Positions 39,372-48,921 of a stretch of 64,000 nt of DNA are shown in pieces (positions within the stretch are counted from its first letter, which is position 1; each line of letters opens with the position of its first letter). The position numbers were made by a program, and so were the translations under genes. Location of the stretch: assembly GCA_947168565.1 (NCBI GenBank), contig CAMVMM010000004.1:75857-139856 (forward strand), given 5' to 3'. The notes below the pieces were generated by a model. The model had not been told where the DNA came from and did no database searches. It saw only the letters and a list, made by a program, of their open reading frames with translations. This stretch comes from an uncultured Clostridia bacterium (GTDB lineage Bacteria > Bacillota > Clostridia > Christensenellales > CAG-138).

Positions 39372-40322
39372 ATGAGTGAAAAACTTGCAAAAACCCTGAT
39401 GATCCTGCTTGCCGTATTCGTTGCCGCGGCGCTCATTTTCGTTGGGTATAAAACCGGTATTATCGGCTTTGGCTGTGCGCCCGCCCCTCAGGAGCAGGCG
39501 GACGAGGGCATGATCGTTCCCAAAGCGCCCCAAGCGGGGCTGCTTTCGGCATATTTTATAGACGTCGGGCAGGGCGATTCCATGCTTTTCGTGTCCCCAA
39601 GCGGCAAAACGATGCTGATAGACGCGGGCGAGGTCGTGTATTCAAGGCGGGTCGAAAAATTTCTGAGGCAGGCGGGCGTTGACCGCATAGATCTTTTGAT
39701 CGGCACCCATGCACACAGCGACCATATCGGCGCAATGCCCTATCTGATAGAGCGCTTTCCGGTCGGCGCGTACGTCACCACCGCGCGAAACGTGGAAAGC
39801 ATTTCCTCCGACATGGTTTCGGAGGCGCTGAAGGAAAAGCGCGTTAGTATAGCTCAGGTCTGGTGCGGCGATAATATCGAGTGGGACGATGCCTGCCGCA
39901 TCACCGTGCTTTCGCCCGTGCTGGGCTGCGAATACTCCGAGCTTGACGCAAACGACGGGTGCCTTATCCTGCGCGTTGAATACGGCGAAACCGCCTTCAT
40001 GCTCACAGCCGACGCCACGGTACACGCGGAGCAGCTCGCCATGTTTCACAACGAAAAGGCGCTGTTTAAGGCGGATTTGCTGAAGGTGGCGCATCACGGC
40101 TCCACCTCAAGCTCATCGCTCGGCTTTGTGGAAACCGTGGGCGCGAAAACGGCGGTTATCTCCGTTGGGGCGGACAACCTGTACGGTCATCCCGATGCGG
40201 ATATACTGCGGCTGCTCTCCGGCACGGGTGCGGAGATTTATAGAACGGACGAGCGCGGCAGCATCGCCGTTTTCTCAAACGGCAGCGGGCTTGAGTTCGC
40301 GTTTCAAAAGCCGCAAAAATGA
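39372..40322 (+). CDS. ComEC/Rec2-like metallo-beta-lactamase-fold protein
   Basis: IDVGQGDS, THAHSDHIG, LKVAHHGS, YGHP, RTDERG. Confidence 0.92.
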   Translation: MSEKLAKTLMILLAVFVAAALIFVGYKTGIIGFGCAPAPQEQADEGMIVPKAPQAGLLSAYFIDVGQGDSMLFVSPSGKTMLIDAGEVVYSRRVEKFLRQAGVDRIDLLIGTHAHSDHIGAMPYLIERFPVGAYVTTARNVESISSDMVSEALKEKRVSIAQVWCGDNIEWDDACRITVLSPVLGCEYSELDANDGCLILRVEYGETAFMLTADATVHAEQLAMFHNEKALFKADLLKVAHHGSTSSSSLGFVETVGAKTAVISVGADNLYGHPDADILRLLSGTGAEIYRTDERGSIAVFSNGSGLEFAFQKPQK

Positions 40323-40396
40323 TAATAATACCCTTGTTACCGATAATGCCGGCGCAAGGCCTCCGCCAATAAGACCGGCATACCACGGAGGACACG

Positions 40397-41614
40397 ATGG
40401 AATACAGGAAAAATGATTTGGAAAACGGAAACCGCACCCGCGCGCGCGGCTCCGGCGCGAATCGGGAGAATACGCGCTCAAAGTATTCATGGGGAGGAAT
40501 GCTCAGAAGGCTTCCGCTGCTGCTTTTAATACCGCTTGCTCTGCTTTTGCCGCGCCTTGCGCAGCGCTCGCCCGAATTTATCGAAAAATACTATGCGCGC
40601 GGCATCTATCCGCTCATCTCAAGGGTGCTGGGCTTTTTCAGCTCGCTCGTGCCGTTTTCGCTCTCCGAGATCGTGCTTATCTGCGTGGGCGGCGCGCTGA
40701 TCCTTATTTTTGTGATAAGGCTTTTAAAAATACCCTTCGGCAAGCTGCGCTCAAGGCGTGAAAACCGAATGCGCTTTTTCAGCTTCGTGCTTTCGCTTGC
40801 GATCTTCGCCGGAGCGATGCTGAATCTGTTTTACGTCCTCTGGGGCTTCAATCATTACAGGCAGCCGCTCTCAACGCTCATGGAGCTGAACGTGCATCCC
40901 CGCCCGGTGGATGAGCTTGCACTTCTTACGGAGCATCTTGCATCCGAGGCTGCCGAGCTTCGCAAGGAGGTTTCGGAGGATGAAAGCGGCGTTTTCACCG
41001 CAGGCACGAGGAGCGTTTCGCTTCGCGCGGTTTCGGAGGCCTTTCGCAGGCTCGGCAGGGATAACGCGCTGTTTTCAAACAAATGCTACTTTGCAAAAAC
41101 GCCCTATTTTGCGGAGGTGCTCTCCAAGCTGGATATAGCGGGCATCTATATACCGTATCTTGCGGAGCCGAACGTGAACGCCGAGCAGCCCGACCTGTAC
41201 CTTTTGAGCGGAGCGGCGCACGAGATAGGGCATTATTACGGCTTTGCGGCGGAGGAGGAGGCAAATTTTATAGCCTACTACGCCTCGCTCTGGTCGGAGG
41301 ATGCGGCGTTTCGGTACTCCGCTGCGATGGCGGCGCTCTCGTCCTGCAGCAATAAGCTGAATTCAAACGACAGCGAAAAGTATGCCGATATCTGGAACCG
41401 CTGCTTTACGGAGGGCATGAAGCGCGATCTTGAGAATTACCGCGAATACTATAAAAAATACGAAAACCATCCCGCCGCGCAGGTGAATAATTCCATAAAC
41501 GACGCGTATCTTCAGTACCACGGGCATGACGACGGGCTGAGGAGCTACGGCAGGGACGTGGACCTGCTGCTGGCGCTGTACGCGCAGGGCGGCATGGGGA
41601 ACGGCGGCCGCTGA
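40397..41614 (+). CDS. DUF3810-family membrane protein
   Basis: IEKYYARGIYP, PFSLSE, WGFNHYR, AHEIGH..GFA.EEEANF. Confidence 0.85.
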   Translation: MEYRKNDLENGNRTRARGSGANRENTRSKYSWGGMLRRLPLLLLIPLALLLPRLAQRSPEFIEKYYARGIYPLISRVLGFFSSLVPFSLSEIVLICVGGALILIFVIRLLKIPFGKLRSRRENRMRFFSFVLSLAIFAGAMLNLFYVLWGFNHYRQPLSTLMELNVHPRPVDELALLTEHLASEAAELRKEVSEDESGVFTAGTRSVSLRAVSEAFRRLGRDNALFSNKCYFAKTPYFAEVLSKLDIAGIYIPYLAEPNVNAEQPDLYLLSGAAHEIGHYYGFAAEEEANFIAYYASLWSEDAAFRYSAAMAALSSCSNKLNSNDSEKYADIWNRCFTEGMKRDLENYREYYKKYENHPAAQVNNSINDAYLQYHGHDDGLRSYGRDVDLLLALYAQGGMGNGGR

Positions 41615-41632
41615 ACCGTCATTGCAGCGATA

Positions 41633-41793
41633 ATACTATCGTACATCTAAAACATTGAGAGCGGGCGAGCAGATTTTTCGTTGTATCAATGAGGAGAATC
41701 GCAGCTTGGCTCGGAGCGCCAATCAAGATTCGACGAAGCAGATACGGCGGAAAAGATGCCGTCCGAATCAAGGTTTTAGACGTAGGATAGTAT
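41633..41793. mobile_element. non-autonomous palindromic element (MITE/REP-like), 161 bp
   Basis: 26-bp terminal inverted repeats, 23/26 identical (atactatcgtacatctaaaacattga vs reverse complement of tcaaggttttagacgtaggatagtat), nested internal stems, no convincing coding ORF. Confidence 0.7.
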
Positions 41794-41816
41794 AAATCAT
41801 CAAGGAGATGAAGAAT

Positions 41817-42308
41817 ATGAAAACGGCAGTAGTGTATTTTTCTTTGAACGGAAACACGGCGCTTGCCGCGGAAAAAATTGCAAAAAAGCTCGGCGCGGAG
41901 CTTATCCGCATCGAGCCCGAAAAGGCATACCCCGAAAAGGGGCTTATGAAGTTTTTCCACGGCGGAAGGAGCGCGCTCAAAAATGAAACCCCCAAGCTCA
42001 AGCCCTATTCCTTCGATGCGGAAAAGTATGAGCGCATCGTTTTCGGCACGCCCGTATGGGCGGGCAATATAGCGCCTCCGCTGCGCAGCTTCATAGAGGA
42101 AAACAAGCGCGCGCTCGCCGGCAAACGGTTTGCGGCGTTCGTATGTCTTTCCGGCTCCGGCGCTCAAAAGGCTGTTGATAAGCTCAAAGCCGCGCTCGGC
42201 ATCGAGAGCCTTGAGGCGAAGCTGGCGCTCATAGACCCCAAAACCAAGCCGAGCGAGGCGAGCGAAAGGCAGATAGCCAATTTCTGCGACGCGCTTATCG
42301 GCTGCTGA
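41817..42308 (+). CDS. flavodoxin family protein
   Basis: VYFSLNGNT...AE.IA, GTPVWAG. Confidence 0.9.
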   Translation: MKTAVVYFSLNGNTALAAEKIAKKLGAELIRIEPEKAYPEKGLMKFFHGGRSALKNETPKLKPYSFDAEKYERIVFGTPVWAGNIAPPLRSFIEENKRALAGKRFAAFVCLSGSGAQKAVDKLKAALGIESLEAKLALIDPKTKPSEASERQIANFCDALIGC

Positions 42309-42377
42309 AGCAATAAGCTTTTGGGGGAGTATTCTTAAACAAACCCACAATAAATAATACAGATTCCGAATCAATAT

Positions 42378-42412
42378 CAAAAGTGAGCCGACCGATCGGG
42401 CCGGCTCACTTT
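42378..42412. terminator. terminator hairpin between convergent genes
   Basis: caaaagtgagccg...cggctcactttg. Confidence 0.75.
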
Positions 42413-42453
42413 GCTTAAAGCATATTCAAGCTGAAGCAATACTCAATATTGAA

Positions 42454-43542
42454 TTACTTCTTGTCTATATCCGTCACCCAGCCGTGGGTATCGGGTATGC
42501 GGCCCCACTGCAGGCCGGTGAGGGTGTTGTAAAGCTTCATGGTCAGCTCGCCGATGCCGTTGTTCACGGATTTATCGCCGATGTAGATATGCTTGTCGCG
42601 GTATGCAAGCTCGCCAACGGGGGAAACGACGGCGGCGGTGCCGGTGCCGAACGCCTCCTGGAGCCTGCCGCTCTCGCCCGCTTCAAACAGCTCGTCAACC
42701 GAGAGGGGACGCTCCTCGACCTCAACGCCCATCTCGCGGGCAAGGGTCATTACGCTGCGGCGGGTGATGCCGGGCAGAATGGTGTCCTCAAGGGGAGCGG
42801 TCACAAGCTTGCCGTCGATGAGGAACATCATGTTCATTGCGCCGACCTCCTGCACGTACTTCATGTGCTCGCCGTCGAGCCAAAGCACCTGGCTGTAGCC
42901 CTCCTTTTCGGCTTCCGCGCCCGCAAGGATGGAGCAGGCGTAGTTGCCGCCGGTCTTTGCAAAGCCGGTGCCGCCGCGAACCGCGCGAACGTATTTATCT
43001 TCAACGCGGATGCGGATGGGGGCAAGGCCCGCCTTGTAGTAAGCGCCGGAGGGCGCGCAGATGATGTAGTAAATGTAGCTCTTCGCGGCGTGAACGCCCA
43101 GCGCCTCGTCGTTTGCGATCATGGTCGGGCGCAGATAGAGGCTGGTGCCGGGGGAGTGGGGAACCCAGTCGCGCTCCACGTCCACAAGCTGACGCATCGC
43201 CTCGTAGTTGAAATCAACGTCCACGCGCGGCATGCAGAGGCGGTCGGCGGAATCGTTCAGGCGCTGCGCGTTGTCCTTCGCGCGGAACATGAGGATGCGG
43301 TCGTCAGCGGTGCGGTATGCCTTAAGACCCTCGAAGATCTCCTGCGCGTAGTGGAACACGGAGGAAGCGGGGTCCATGGAGAACCTCTGATAGGGCACGA
43401 TGCGGGCATCATGCCATTCGCCGTTGTCATAGTTCATGATGAACATGTGGTCGGTGAAGCGCTTGCCGAAACCGAGGGAGCCTTCCTCCTCAACGGTGGG
43501 CTTTCTCTTGAGCTCGGTTGCTTTGGTGATCTTGATATCCAT
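42454..43542 (-). CDS. ilvE: branched-chain amino acid aminotransferase
   Basis: GFGKRFTDHM, HYAQEIFEGLKAY, AKTGGNY, ILPGITR, GTGTAAV. Confidence 0.96.
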   Translation of the reverse strand: MDIKITKATELKRKPTVEEEGSLGFGKRFTDHMFIMNYDNGEWHDARIVPYQRFSMDPASSVFHYAQEIFEGLKAYRTADDRILMFRAKDNAQRLNDSADRLCMPRVDVDFNYEAMRQLVDVERDWVPHSPGTSLYLRPTMIANDEALGVHAAKSYIYYIICAPSGAYYKAGLAPIRIRVEDKYVRAVRGGTGFAKTGGNYACSILAGAEAEKEGYSQVLWLDGEHMKYVQEVGAMNMMFLIDGKLVTAPLEDTILPGITRRSVMTLAREMGVEVEERPLSVDELFEAGESGRLQEAFGTGTAAVVSPVGELAYRDKHIYIGDKSVNNGIGELTMKLYNTLTGLQWGRIPDTHGWVTDIDKK

Positions 43543-43664
43543 TTTTCAGCCTCCAATAAATTTGTTTTTGCTGTGACGGTTTATTTCTTGCACGGCGCCT
43601 GCCGCGCGGGAAAACGGTTTGATAAGCTTCGGCGGTGAAGCGGCTGCAAAGCGGAAACAGGGGC

Positions 43665-44294
43665 TCAGCCGTTCTTCACGGGAAGGTATTCCTCCCCGCA
43701 GACCTTCGGCGTGCTCCGCCCGTCCGTGCGCTCGATTATATCCGCAATAAAGCCCTCGGCCCTCTCCTTTTCCACAAGGCAGCGAAAAAGGATGCTGTCC
43801 GTAAACTCGGTTGCCTTCACGGTGGAATTTGAGCGCACAAAGCCCTCTATCGCGCCGTAGCGCGTGTAGTCCACGGTGAACTCTATCTCGCTGCACGGGG
43901 TCATTACAAGGCCGCCGGAAGCGTTCAGCGCGTCCGAAGCGGATTTGGAATAGGCGCGAACGAGTCCGCCGCTGCCAAGCAGTATGCCGCCGAAATAGCG
44001 GGTCACGACTATAAGCGCGTTTTCGGTGCTGCTTCTAATAAGCGTGTCCATAATGGGCATACCCGCCGTGCCGCCCGGCTCGCCGTCGTCCGAAAAGCGG
44101 CGCGTGCCGTTCAAAAGGGTGTAGGCATAGCAGTTATGCGTTGCATCGTAATGCCTTTTGCGAACCTCCTCAAGAAAGGCAAGCGCCTCCTCCTCCGAGG
44201 AAACGGGGAAGCATCTTCCGATGAACCTTGAGCGGTTCACGATATATTCCGTTTCGCTTGCCTTTTCAGGCGTTTTATAGGGCTTGAGCGGCAT
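43665..44294 (-). CDS. yigZ: YigZ/IMPACT family protein
   Basis: SRFI, ATHNCYAY, SDDGEPGGTAG.P, VTRYFGGILLG.GGLVRAY. Confidence 0.95.
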   Translation of the reverse strand: MPLKPYKTPEKASETEYIVNRSRFIGRCFPVSSEEEALAFLEEVRKRHYDATHNCYAYTLLNGTRRFSDDGEPGGTAGMPIMDTLIRSSTENALIVVTRYFGGILLGSGGLVRAYSKSASDALNASGGLVMTPCSEIEFTVDYTRYGAIEGFVRSNSTVKATEFTDSILFRCLVEKERAEGFIADIIERTDGRSTPKVCGEEYLPVKNG

Positions 44295-44326
44295 TGCTTT
44301 GGCTCCGTTTATTCTGTGAACAATGC

Positions 44327-45550
44327 TTATTTAATAAGGCGGACGAAGGTTTTTTTGCCCTTTTTAAGGATTATGCCCTCGTCAAGCAGCGCGCGGTCCA
44401 GCACCGCCTGCGTGTCGGTCACCTTTTCGTCGTTCACACTGATGCCGCCCTCCCTGATGGAGCGGATCGCGGCGGAATTGGATTTTTCTATCCCCGCGTG
44501 AACGAGCAGGCGCACAAGGCTCATGCCGGTCGCCTCCGCGTCCTCATCCGAAACGGCAACGGTGGGCATGTGCGATATGTCCCCCTTGCCGGAAAAAAGC
44601 GCCAGCGCGGCTTCCTGCGCCCTTTGCGCCTTTTCCTCGCCGTGCACCTGGCTTGTGACGGTGTAGGCAAGCACGCGCTTTGCCTCGTTTATATCGGCTC
44701 CCTCGGCGCAGAGCGCGTTTATCTCGCTCATGGGCAAGAAGGTGAGCAGGCTCAGGCAGGTTTTAACGTCCGCATCGTCGATATTGCGGAAATACTGGTA
44801 AAAATCGAATACGCTCGTGCGCTCCTCGCTCAGCCACACCGCGCCCTTTTCGGTTTTGCCCATCTTCTTGCCGTCCGCCGTGGTGAGTAGGCGGGTGGTG
44901 AGGGCGTAGGCGCGCTTTCTTTCCTTGCGCCTTATAAGATCGGCGCCGCCGAGGATATTGCTCCACTGGTCGTCGCCGCCCATCTGAAGCTCGCAGCCGT
45001 ATCTGCGGTTGAGGCAGAGGAAGTCGTAGCTCTGCATCAGCATATAGCTGAACTCAAAAAAGGTGAGCCCGCGCTCATAGCGCTGCTTGTAGCACTCCGC
45101 TCTGAGCATCTCGTTTACCGAAAAATGCACCGCGATCTCGCGCATGAAGTCCATAAAGTTGAGGTTGCGCAGCCAATCCGCGTTGTTCACAAGGAGTGCG
45201 GCGTTCTCGCCCTCAAAGTCGATAAGGCGGGACATCTGCTTTTTGATGCACTCAACGTTGTGGTCAAGCTCCTCCACGGAGAGCAGCTTGCGCAGCTCCG
45301 TTTTGCCGGAAGGGTCGGCTATCATGGCCGTGCCGCCGCCAAGCAGCACGATCGGCCTGTGCCCGCAGCGCTGCATGTGCGCCATAACGCACATTGCAAC
45401 GTAGTGCCCCACGGTAAGGCTCTCCGCGGTGGGATCGAAGCCGATGTAAAAGGTCAGCTTCTCTTTTCCGAGCAGCTCTCGCAGCTCCTCGGGATGGGAG
45501 CACTGCTTTAAGTAGCCGCGCTCGTTTAAAAGGTCGTAGGCGTTTATCAT
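44327..45550 (-). CDS. tyrS: tyrosine--tRNA ligase
   Basis: YIGFDPTA.SL, QMGGDDQWSNI, KMGKT, C-terminal S4-like domain. Confidence 0.97.
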   Translation of the reverse strand: MINAYDLLNERGYLKQCSHPEELRELLGKEKLTFYIGFDPTAESLTVGHYVAMCVMAHMQRCGHRPIVLLGGGTAMIADPSGKTELRKLLSVEELDHNVECIKKQMSRLIDFEGENAALLVNNADWLRNLNFMDFMREIAVHFSVNEMLRAECYKQRYERGLTFFEFSYMLMQSYDFLCLNRRYGCELQMGGDDQWSNILGGADLIRRKERKRAYALTTRLLTTADGKKMGKTEKGAVWLSEERTSVFDFYQYFRNIDDADVKTCLSLLTFLPMSEINALCAEGADINEAKRVLAYTVTSQVHGEEKAQRAQEAALALFSGKGDISHMPTVAVSDEDAEATGMSLVRLLVHAGIEKSNSAAIRSIREGGISVNDEKVTDTQAVLDRALLDEGIILKKGKKTFVRLIK

Positions 45551-45592
45551 AGAATAAGGGATTATCCTTTCAATTTCGATTTGGGAGAAAGC

Positions 45593-46780
45593 TTATTTTT
45601 CCTCCGCCATCTCCTTCAAAAGGTCGCCAAGCCTCTTAATGCCCTCGCGGATGCGCTCCTCGGGCTCGGCGGAGAAATTGAGGCGGAAGGTGTTCAGACC
45701 TGCGCCCTCGGTGGTGTGGAACGGCGCACCGGGAACGAAAGCGACCTTGCGCTCCACCGCACGCTTGAAAAGCTCCTGCGCGTCCCAGCCCTCGGGCAGG
45801 GTGCACCAGATGAAAAGTCCGCCGACGGGCTTCTCGTAATGCACCCACTCGGGGAAATGCTCCGCCATGGCGTCGGTCATCACGCCGGCGGAGCGGGCAT
45901 ACACGCCGGATATATACTCGATATGCGCGGGCATGTGGCCGCGATTGATAAATTCCGCCACTATCGCCTGATTCAGGTTGGGCGAATGCGTGTCGCTGCC
46001 CTGCTTGGCAATGGTCATCTTGCGTATAAGGTCCTTATTTCCGAAGCACAGCGCAACGCGAAGGCCGGGCGAGATGGTTTTGGAAAAGCTGGTGAGCACT
46101 ATCACGTTGTCGCTGGTGTCGAAGCTCTTGATGGTGGGCTCCTTTTCGCCGCAGAAACGCAGCGCGGCATAGGGATCGTCCTCAATAACCAGCATATCGT
46201 ATTCCGCGGCAAGCTCAGCGATTTTTTTGCGGGTCTTCGCGCCGGTAACGTAGCCTGCGGGATTCTGGAAGGTGGGAATGGTGTAAAACACCACGGGGCG
46301 ATGCTTTTTCACGATCTCCTCAAGCTCGTCGGCATGCACGCCGTCCGTATGCATGGGCACGGTCACAAGCTTTGCCTGCGCCACGCGGAAGGTCTGGAGC
46401 GCGCCGAGGAAGCTGGGCTCCTCCACGAGCACCACGTCGCCCGGGTTGATGACCGCCTTGCAGATAAGGTCAAGCCCCTGCATGGAGCCGGTCAGCGCAA
46501 GCACGTTTTCAAGCTCGCCGTGCAGACCGTTGTCGGGCAGAATGTGGTCAAGATAGGCGCGGCGAAGCGGCATATAGCCCTCGGTGGCGCCGTACTGCAA
46601 AAGGATATCGGATTTTTCACGGAGCAGCTCGTCCGTAATGGTGCGGATGGTCTCGGAGGGGAAGCACGCCTTGGAGGGGTTGCCGCCGCCGAATGAAATA
46701 ATAGCCGGATCGCCGAGAAGCTTGAAAAGCTCTCTGATCGCGCTGCCGGAAATGCCCTGCATTCTGTTTGCTATCTGCAT
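45593..46780 (-). CDS. PLP-dependent class I/II aminotransferase (LysN/AvtA-like)
   Basis: ISFGGGNP, PTFQNP.G, EDDPY, SFSKTISPGLR. Confidence 0.93.
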   Translation of the reverse strand: MQIANRMQGISGSAIRELFKLLGDPAIISFGGGNPSKACFPSETIRTITDELLREKSDILLQYGATEGYMPLRRAYLDHILPDNGLHGELENVLALTGSMQGLDLICKAVINPGDVVLVEEPSFLGALQTFRVAQAKLVTVPMHTDGVHADELEEIVKKHRPVVFYTIPTFQNPAGYVTGAKTRKKIAELAAEYDMLVIEDDPYAALRFCGEKEPTIKSFDTSDNVIVLTSFSKTISPGLRVALCFGNKDLIRKMTIAKQGSDTHSPNLNQAIVAEFINRGHMPAHIEYISGVYARSAGVMTDAMAEHFPEWVHYEKPVGGLFIWCTLPEGWDAQELFKRAVERKVAFVPGAPFHTTEGAGLNTFRLNFSAEPEERIREGIKRLGDLLKEMAEEK

Positions 46781-46819
46781 GATAATTACCTCCGTACTCA
46801 GAAACTTTAATATAAGTCC

Positions 46820-46848
46820 ATTTTAGCCCTTTTTTGCCGCAGTTGCAA
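46820..46848 (-). promoter_or_regulatory. sigma-A promoter
   Basis: Minus strand TTGCAA-17bp-TAAAAT. Confidence 0.6.
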
Positions 46849-46940
46849 ATATATTTAATTGAAATGCGGTAAAAATAAAGGCTATTATCGGGAGCCGACT
46901 GTTTTTGCCTGCCGTTAAATATATTGACGCGCAAAGGGCA

Positions 46941-46968
46941 AACAAAAAGCGGGGGAGCGCACCCCGCG
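46941..46968 (-). terminator. terminator ending the lepA-hemW-array unit
   Basis: Minus strand gcggggtgcgctcccccgc followed by tttttgttt. Confidence 0.7.
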
Positions 46969-46976
46969 AATAAGGC

Positions 46977-47606
46977 TTATATTTCGCCGCGCTCAATAAG
47001 CGCAAGCAAAAGCTCCTTTTGAAGCATGGCGTAGTGCTTTTCGCTGCGCCACTGTTCCACTCCGCGAACCTTCGTATAAACGCTTTTCTTCGTTTCGCCC
47101 TCCTTGCGCATCCCTATGCGCTTCATCACCGCCTCGGAAGCAAGGTTTTCGCTGTCGCATTTCGCGGTAATGCGGTGCAGATCGAGGTTCAAAAACCCGA
47201 AGCGAAGCATACCCTTTGCGGCCTCGGAAGCATAGCCGCTGCCCCAAAAGCGCCTGTTGAAGATGAAGCCGAGATCACCCTGCTTAAGATCGTCGCTCAA
47301 ATGCAGCCCGACCGCGCCGATGGCTTCGCCGGAAGCTTTGAGGCACACGATGAACTCAAACCGCGTTCTCGCCTCCTCTATCTGACTTTTTAGGCGCGAG
47401 TCAACGATTTTTTGAACCGTATCGTCGTCGGCGGGACCCCATGGCAGATATGCGGTGACCTCCGCATCGCTTGCGTATGCTTTCACTGCATCAAAATCGT
47501 CGATATTGTATTCGCGCACAAAAAGCCGCTCCGTTTCGAATAAAACGAAGTCTATCTCGGCTTCATCGAGCACTATTTCAAACCCTTTTTCAAATCCTTC
47601 GCTCAT
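46977..47606 (-). CDS. RimJ/RimL-type GNAT N-acetyltransferase
   Basis: ETERLFVRE, FWGSGYASEA, N.AS..VM.RIGM..EG. Confidence 0.92.
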   Translation of the reverse strand: MSEGFEKGFEIVLDEAEIDFVLFETERLFVREYNIDDFDAVKAYASDAEVTAYLPWGPADDDTVQKIVDSRLKSQIEEARTRFEFIVCLKASGEAIGAVGLHLSDDLKQGDLGFIFNRRFWGSGYASEAAKGMLRFGFLNLDLHRITAKCDSENLASEAVMKRIGMRKEGETKKSVYTKVRGVEQWRSEKHYAMLQKELLLALIERGEI

Positions 47607-48904
47607 TTTTCAACCACAATCAGCCCGTAATTGCAGTTCTCGCCCGCAAACGGGTATCTGTCGTAGGGATTCTCGCCCCAAACAGCCGACGCGATGATCT
47701 CGGATCGCACGACCTTGAATCCTGCGTTTACAAAAAGCGCGGTCAGAAGCTCGATATCCATGATCCTTGCAAGGTCAAATTTCTCCGCAAGGTCGCGCAT
47801 TCCTTCGCTTTCCCTGTCCATGAAAAGGCCCTTATAGATGAAGGTTCCGCCCGTCTTCAAAATGCGGTAAACCTCCGAGATCGCCTTATCCGGCTCGGGC
47901 ATATTCGCGATTCCGACGAACGAGAAAACATGATCCACGCTCCCGGCTTTGAGTGCGATATGCCTGCCGTCGCAGCCCACGAAGGAAACGTTTTCGCCGC
48001 AGTTTCGCACGAGCTTGGTAACGGCGAGTATCCGCGCATCGATATCCGTTCCGATAAGGTTCAATTCGGGGTTCCACTCCATAACGCTGCTCAAAAGCAT
48101 TCCGCGCCCGGTTGCGATATCAACCGCAACTCCGCGGCAGTCCTCGATGTGCTCCCGCACCGCATCGTCAAGCCTTTGCTCAGCCTGCTTACAATCACTT
48201 GTGAGACAGCCCTCGTACTTCTCGCGGAACGCGCGGTACTCGTCCGCGCTCTTTTGAATATCGCTTTCATCGAATTCCCACGCGGAAAAGCCGTAGTCTT
48301 CACCCATATCCTCGTAAAGCAGGCTGTAAACGCCCATCTTTCGCTCATATTCGCTTCCGCAGCCAAGGCATTTGCAGTTTTGGCCGAGCTCGCCGCCGCA
48401 GCGGGGGCACATAAGAAGGTTTGAAATATCCTTTTTTCCTTGCTCCGTTTTTATCATTCCAAGCTTGATCCTGTTTTCAAGCTCGAAAAGCGCCGTTTTA
48501 TTGCTGTCGTAGCGAAGAAGCTTCCTCGCCGTTTCATAGTCAACCCAGCGGTATTCGGTGTGCTCGTTTGAAATGCAAAGCTCCTTATTTTCAAGTTCCA
48601 CGGCAAACGAGTACTCGGGGATAACGAGGCAGCGTTCGCCCCATGCAGCTCTTGCCTTCGGGAAACAGTCCGCAGGTATGCTGCAAAGCGTTTCAAGCGG
48701 GAAAAAGCGGCAGCTTTCCGAAATGCCGGCCTCCTCAAACGCCTCGCGCTTTGCCGAAGAGAGCGCCGAACCGTCCTCGTCCTCTCCGCCTCCCGCGATG
48801 AACTGCCAAGCGTCCATATCGCTGCGCTTGAAAACGCAGTATAGCACGCTTTCGCCATCGCGGCGATAGGGCAGGATCAACACCTGATATTTTGCTCTTG
48901 CCAT
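47603..48904 (-). CDS. NUDIX hydrolase fused to Zn-finger plus class I SAM methyltransferase
   Basis: WQFIAGGGEDED...AKREAFEEAG; CPRC...CLGC; VDIATGRG; EVYRILKTGG. Confidence 0.85.
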   Translation of the reverse strand: MARAKYQVLILPYRRDGESVLYCVFKRSDMDAWQFIAGGGEDEDGSALSSAKREAFEEAGISESCRFFPLETLCSIPADCFPKARAAWGERCLVIPEYSFAVELENKELCISNEHTEYRWVDYETARKLLRYDSNKTALFELENRIKLGMIKTEQGKKDISNLLMCPRCGGELGQNCKCLGCGSEYERKMGVYSLLYEDMGEDYGFSAWEFDESDIQKSADEYRAFREKYEGCLTSDCKQAEQRLDDAVREHIEDCRGVAVDIATGRGMLLSSVMEWNPELNLIGTDIDARILAVTKLVRNCGENVSFVGCDGRHIALKAGSVDHVFSFVGIANMPEPDKAISEVYRILKTGGTFIYKGLFMDRESEGMRDLAEKFDLARIMDIELLTALFVNAGFKVVRSEIIASAVWGENPYDRYPFAGENCNYGLIVVEK

Positions 48905-48921
48905 GTTTTTCTCCTATGCGC

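Noticed and set aside
45551-45592. T-box leader for tyrS (also checked upstream of ilvE, gltX and the aminotransferase)
   Set aside because: Spacer too short or no T-box consensus (AAGGTGGNACC-like) with antiterminator visible
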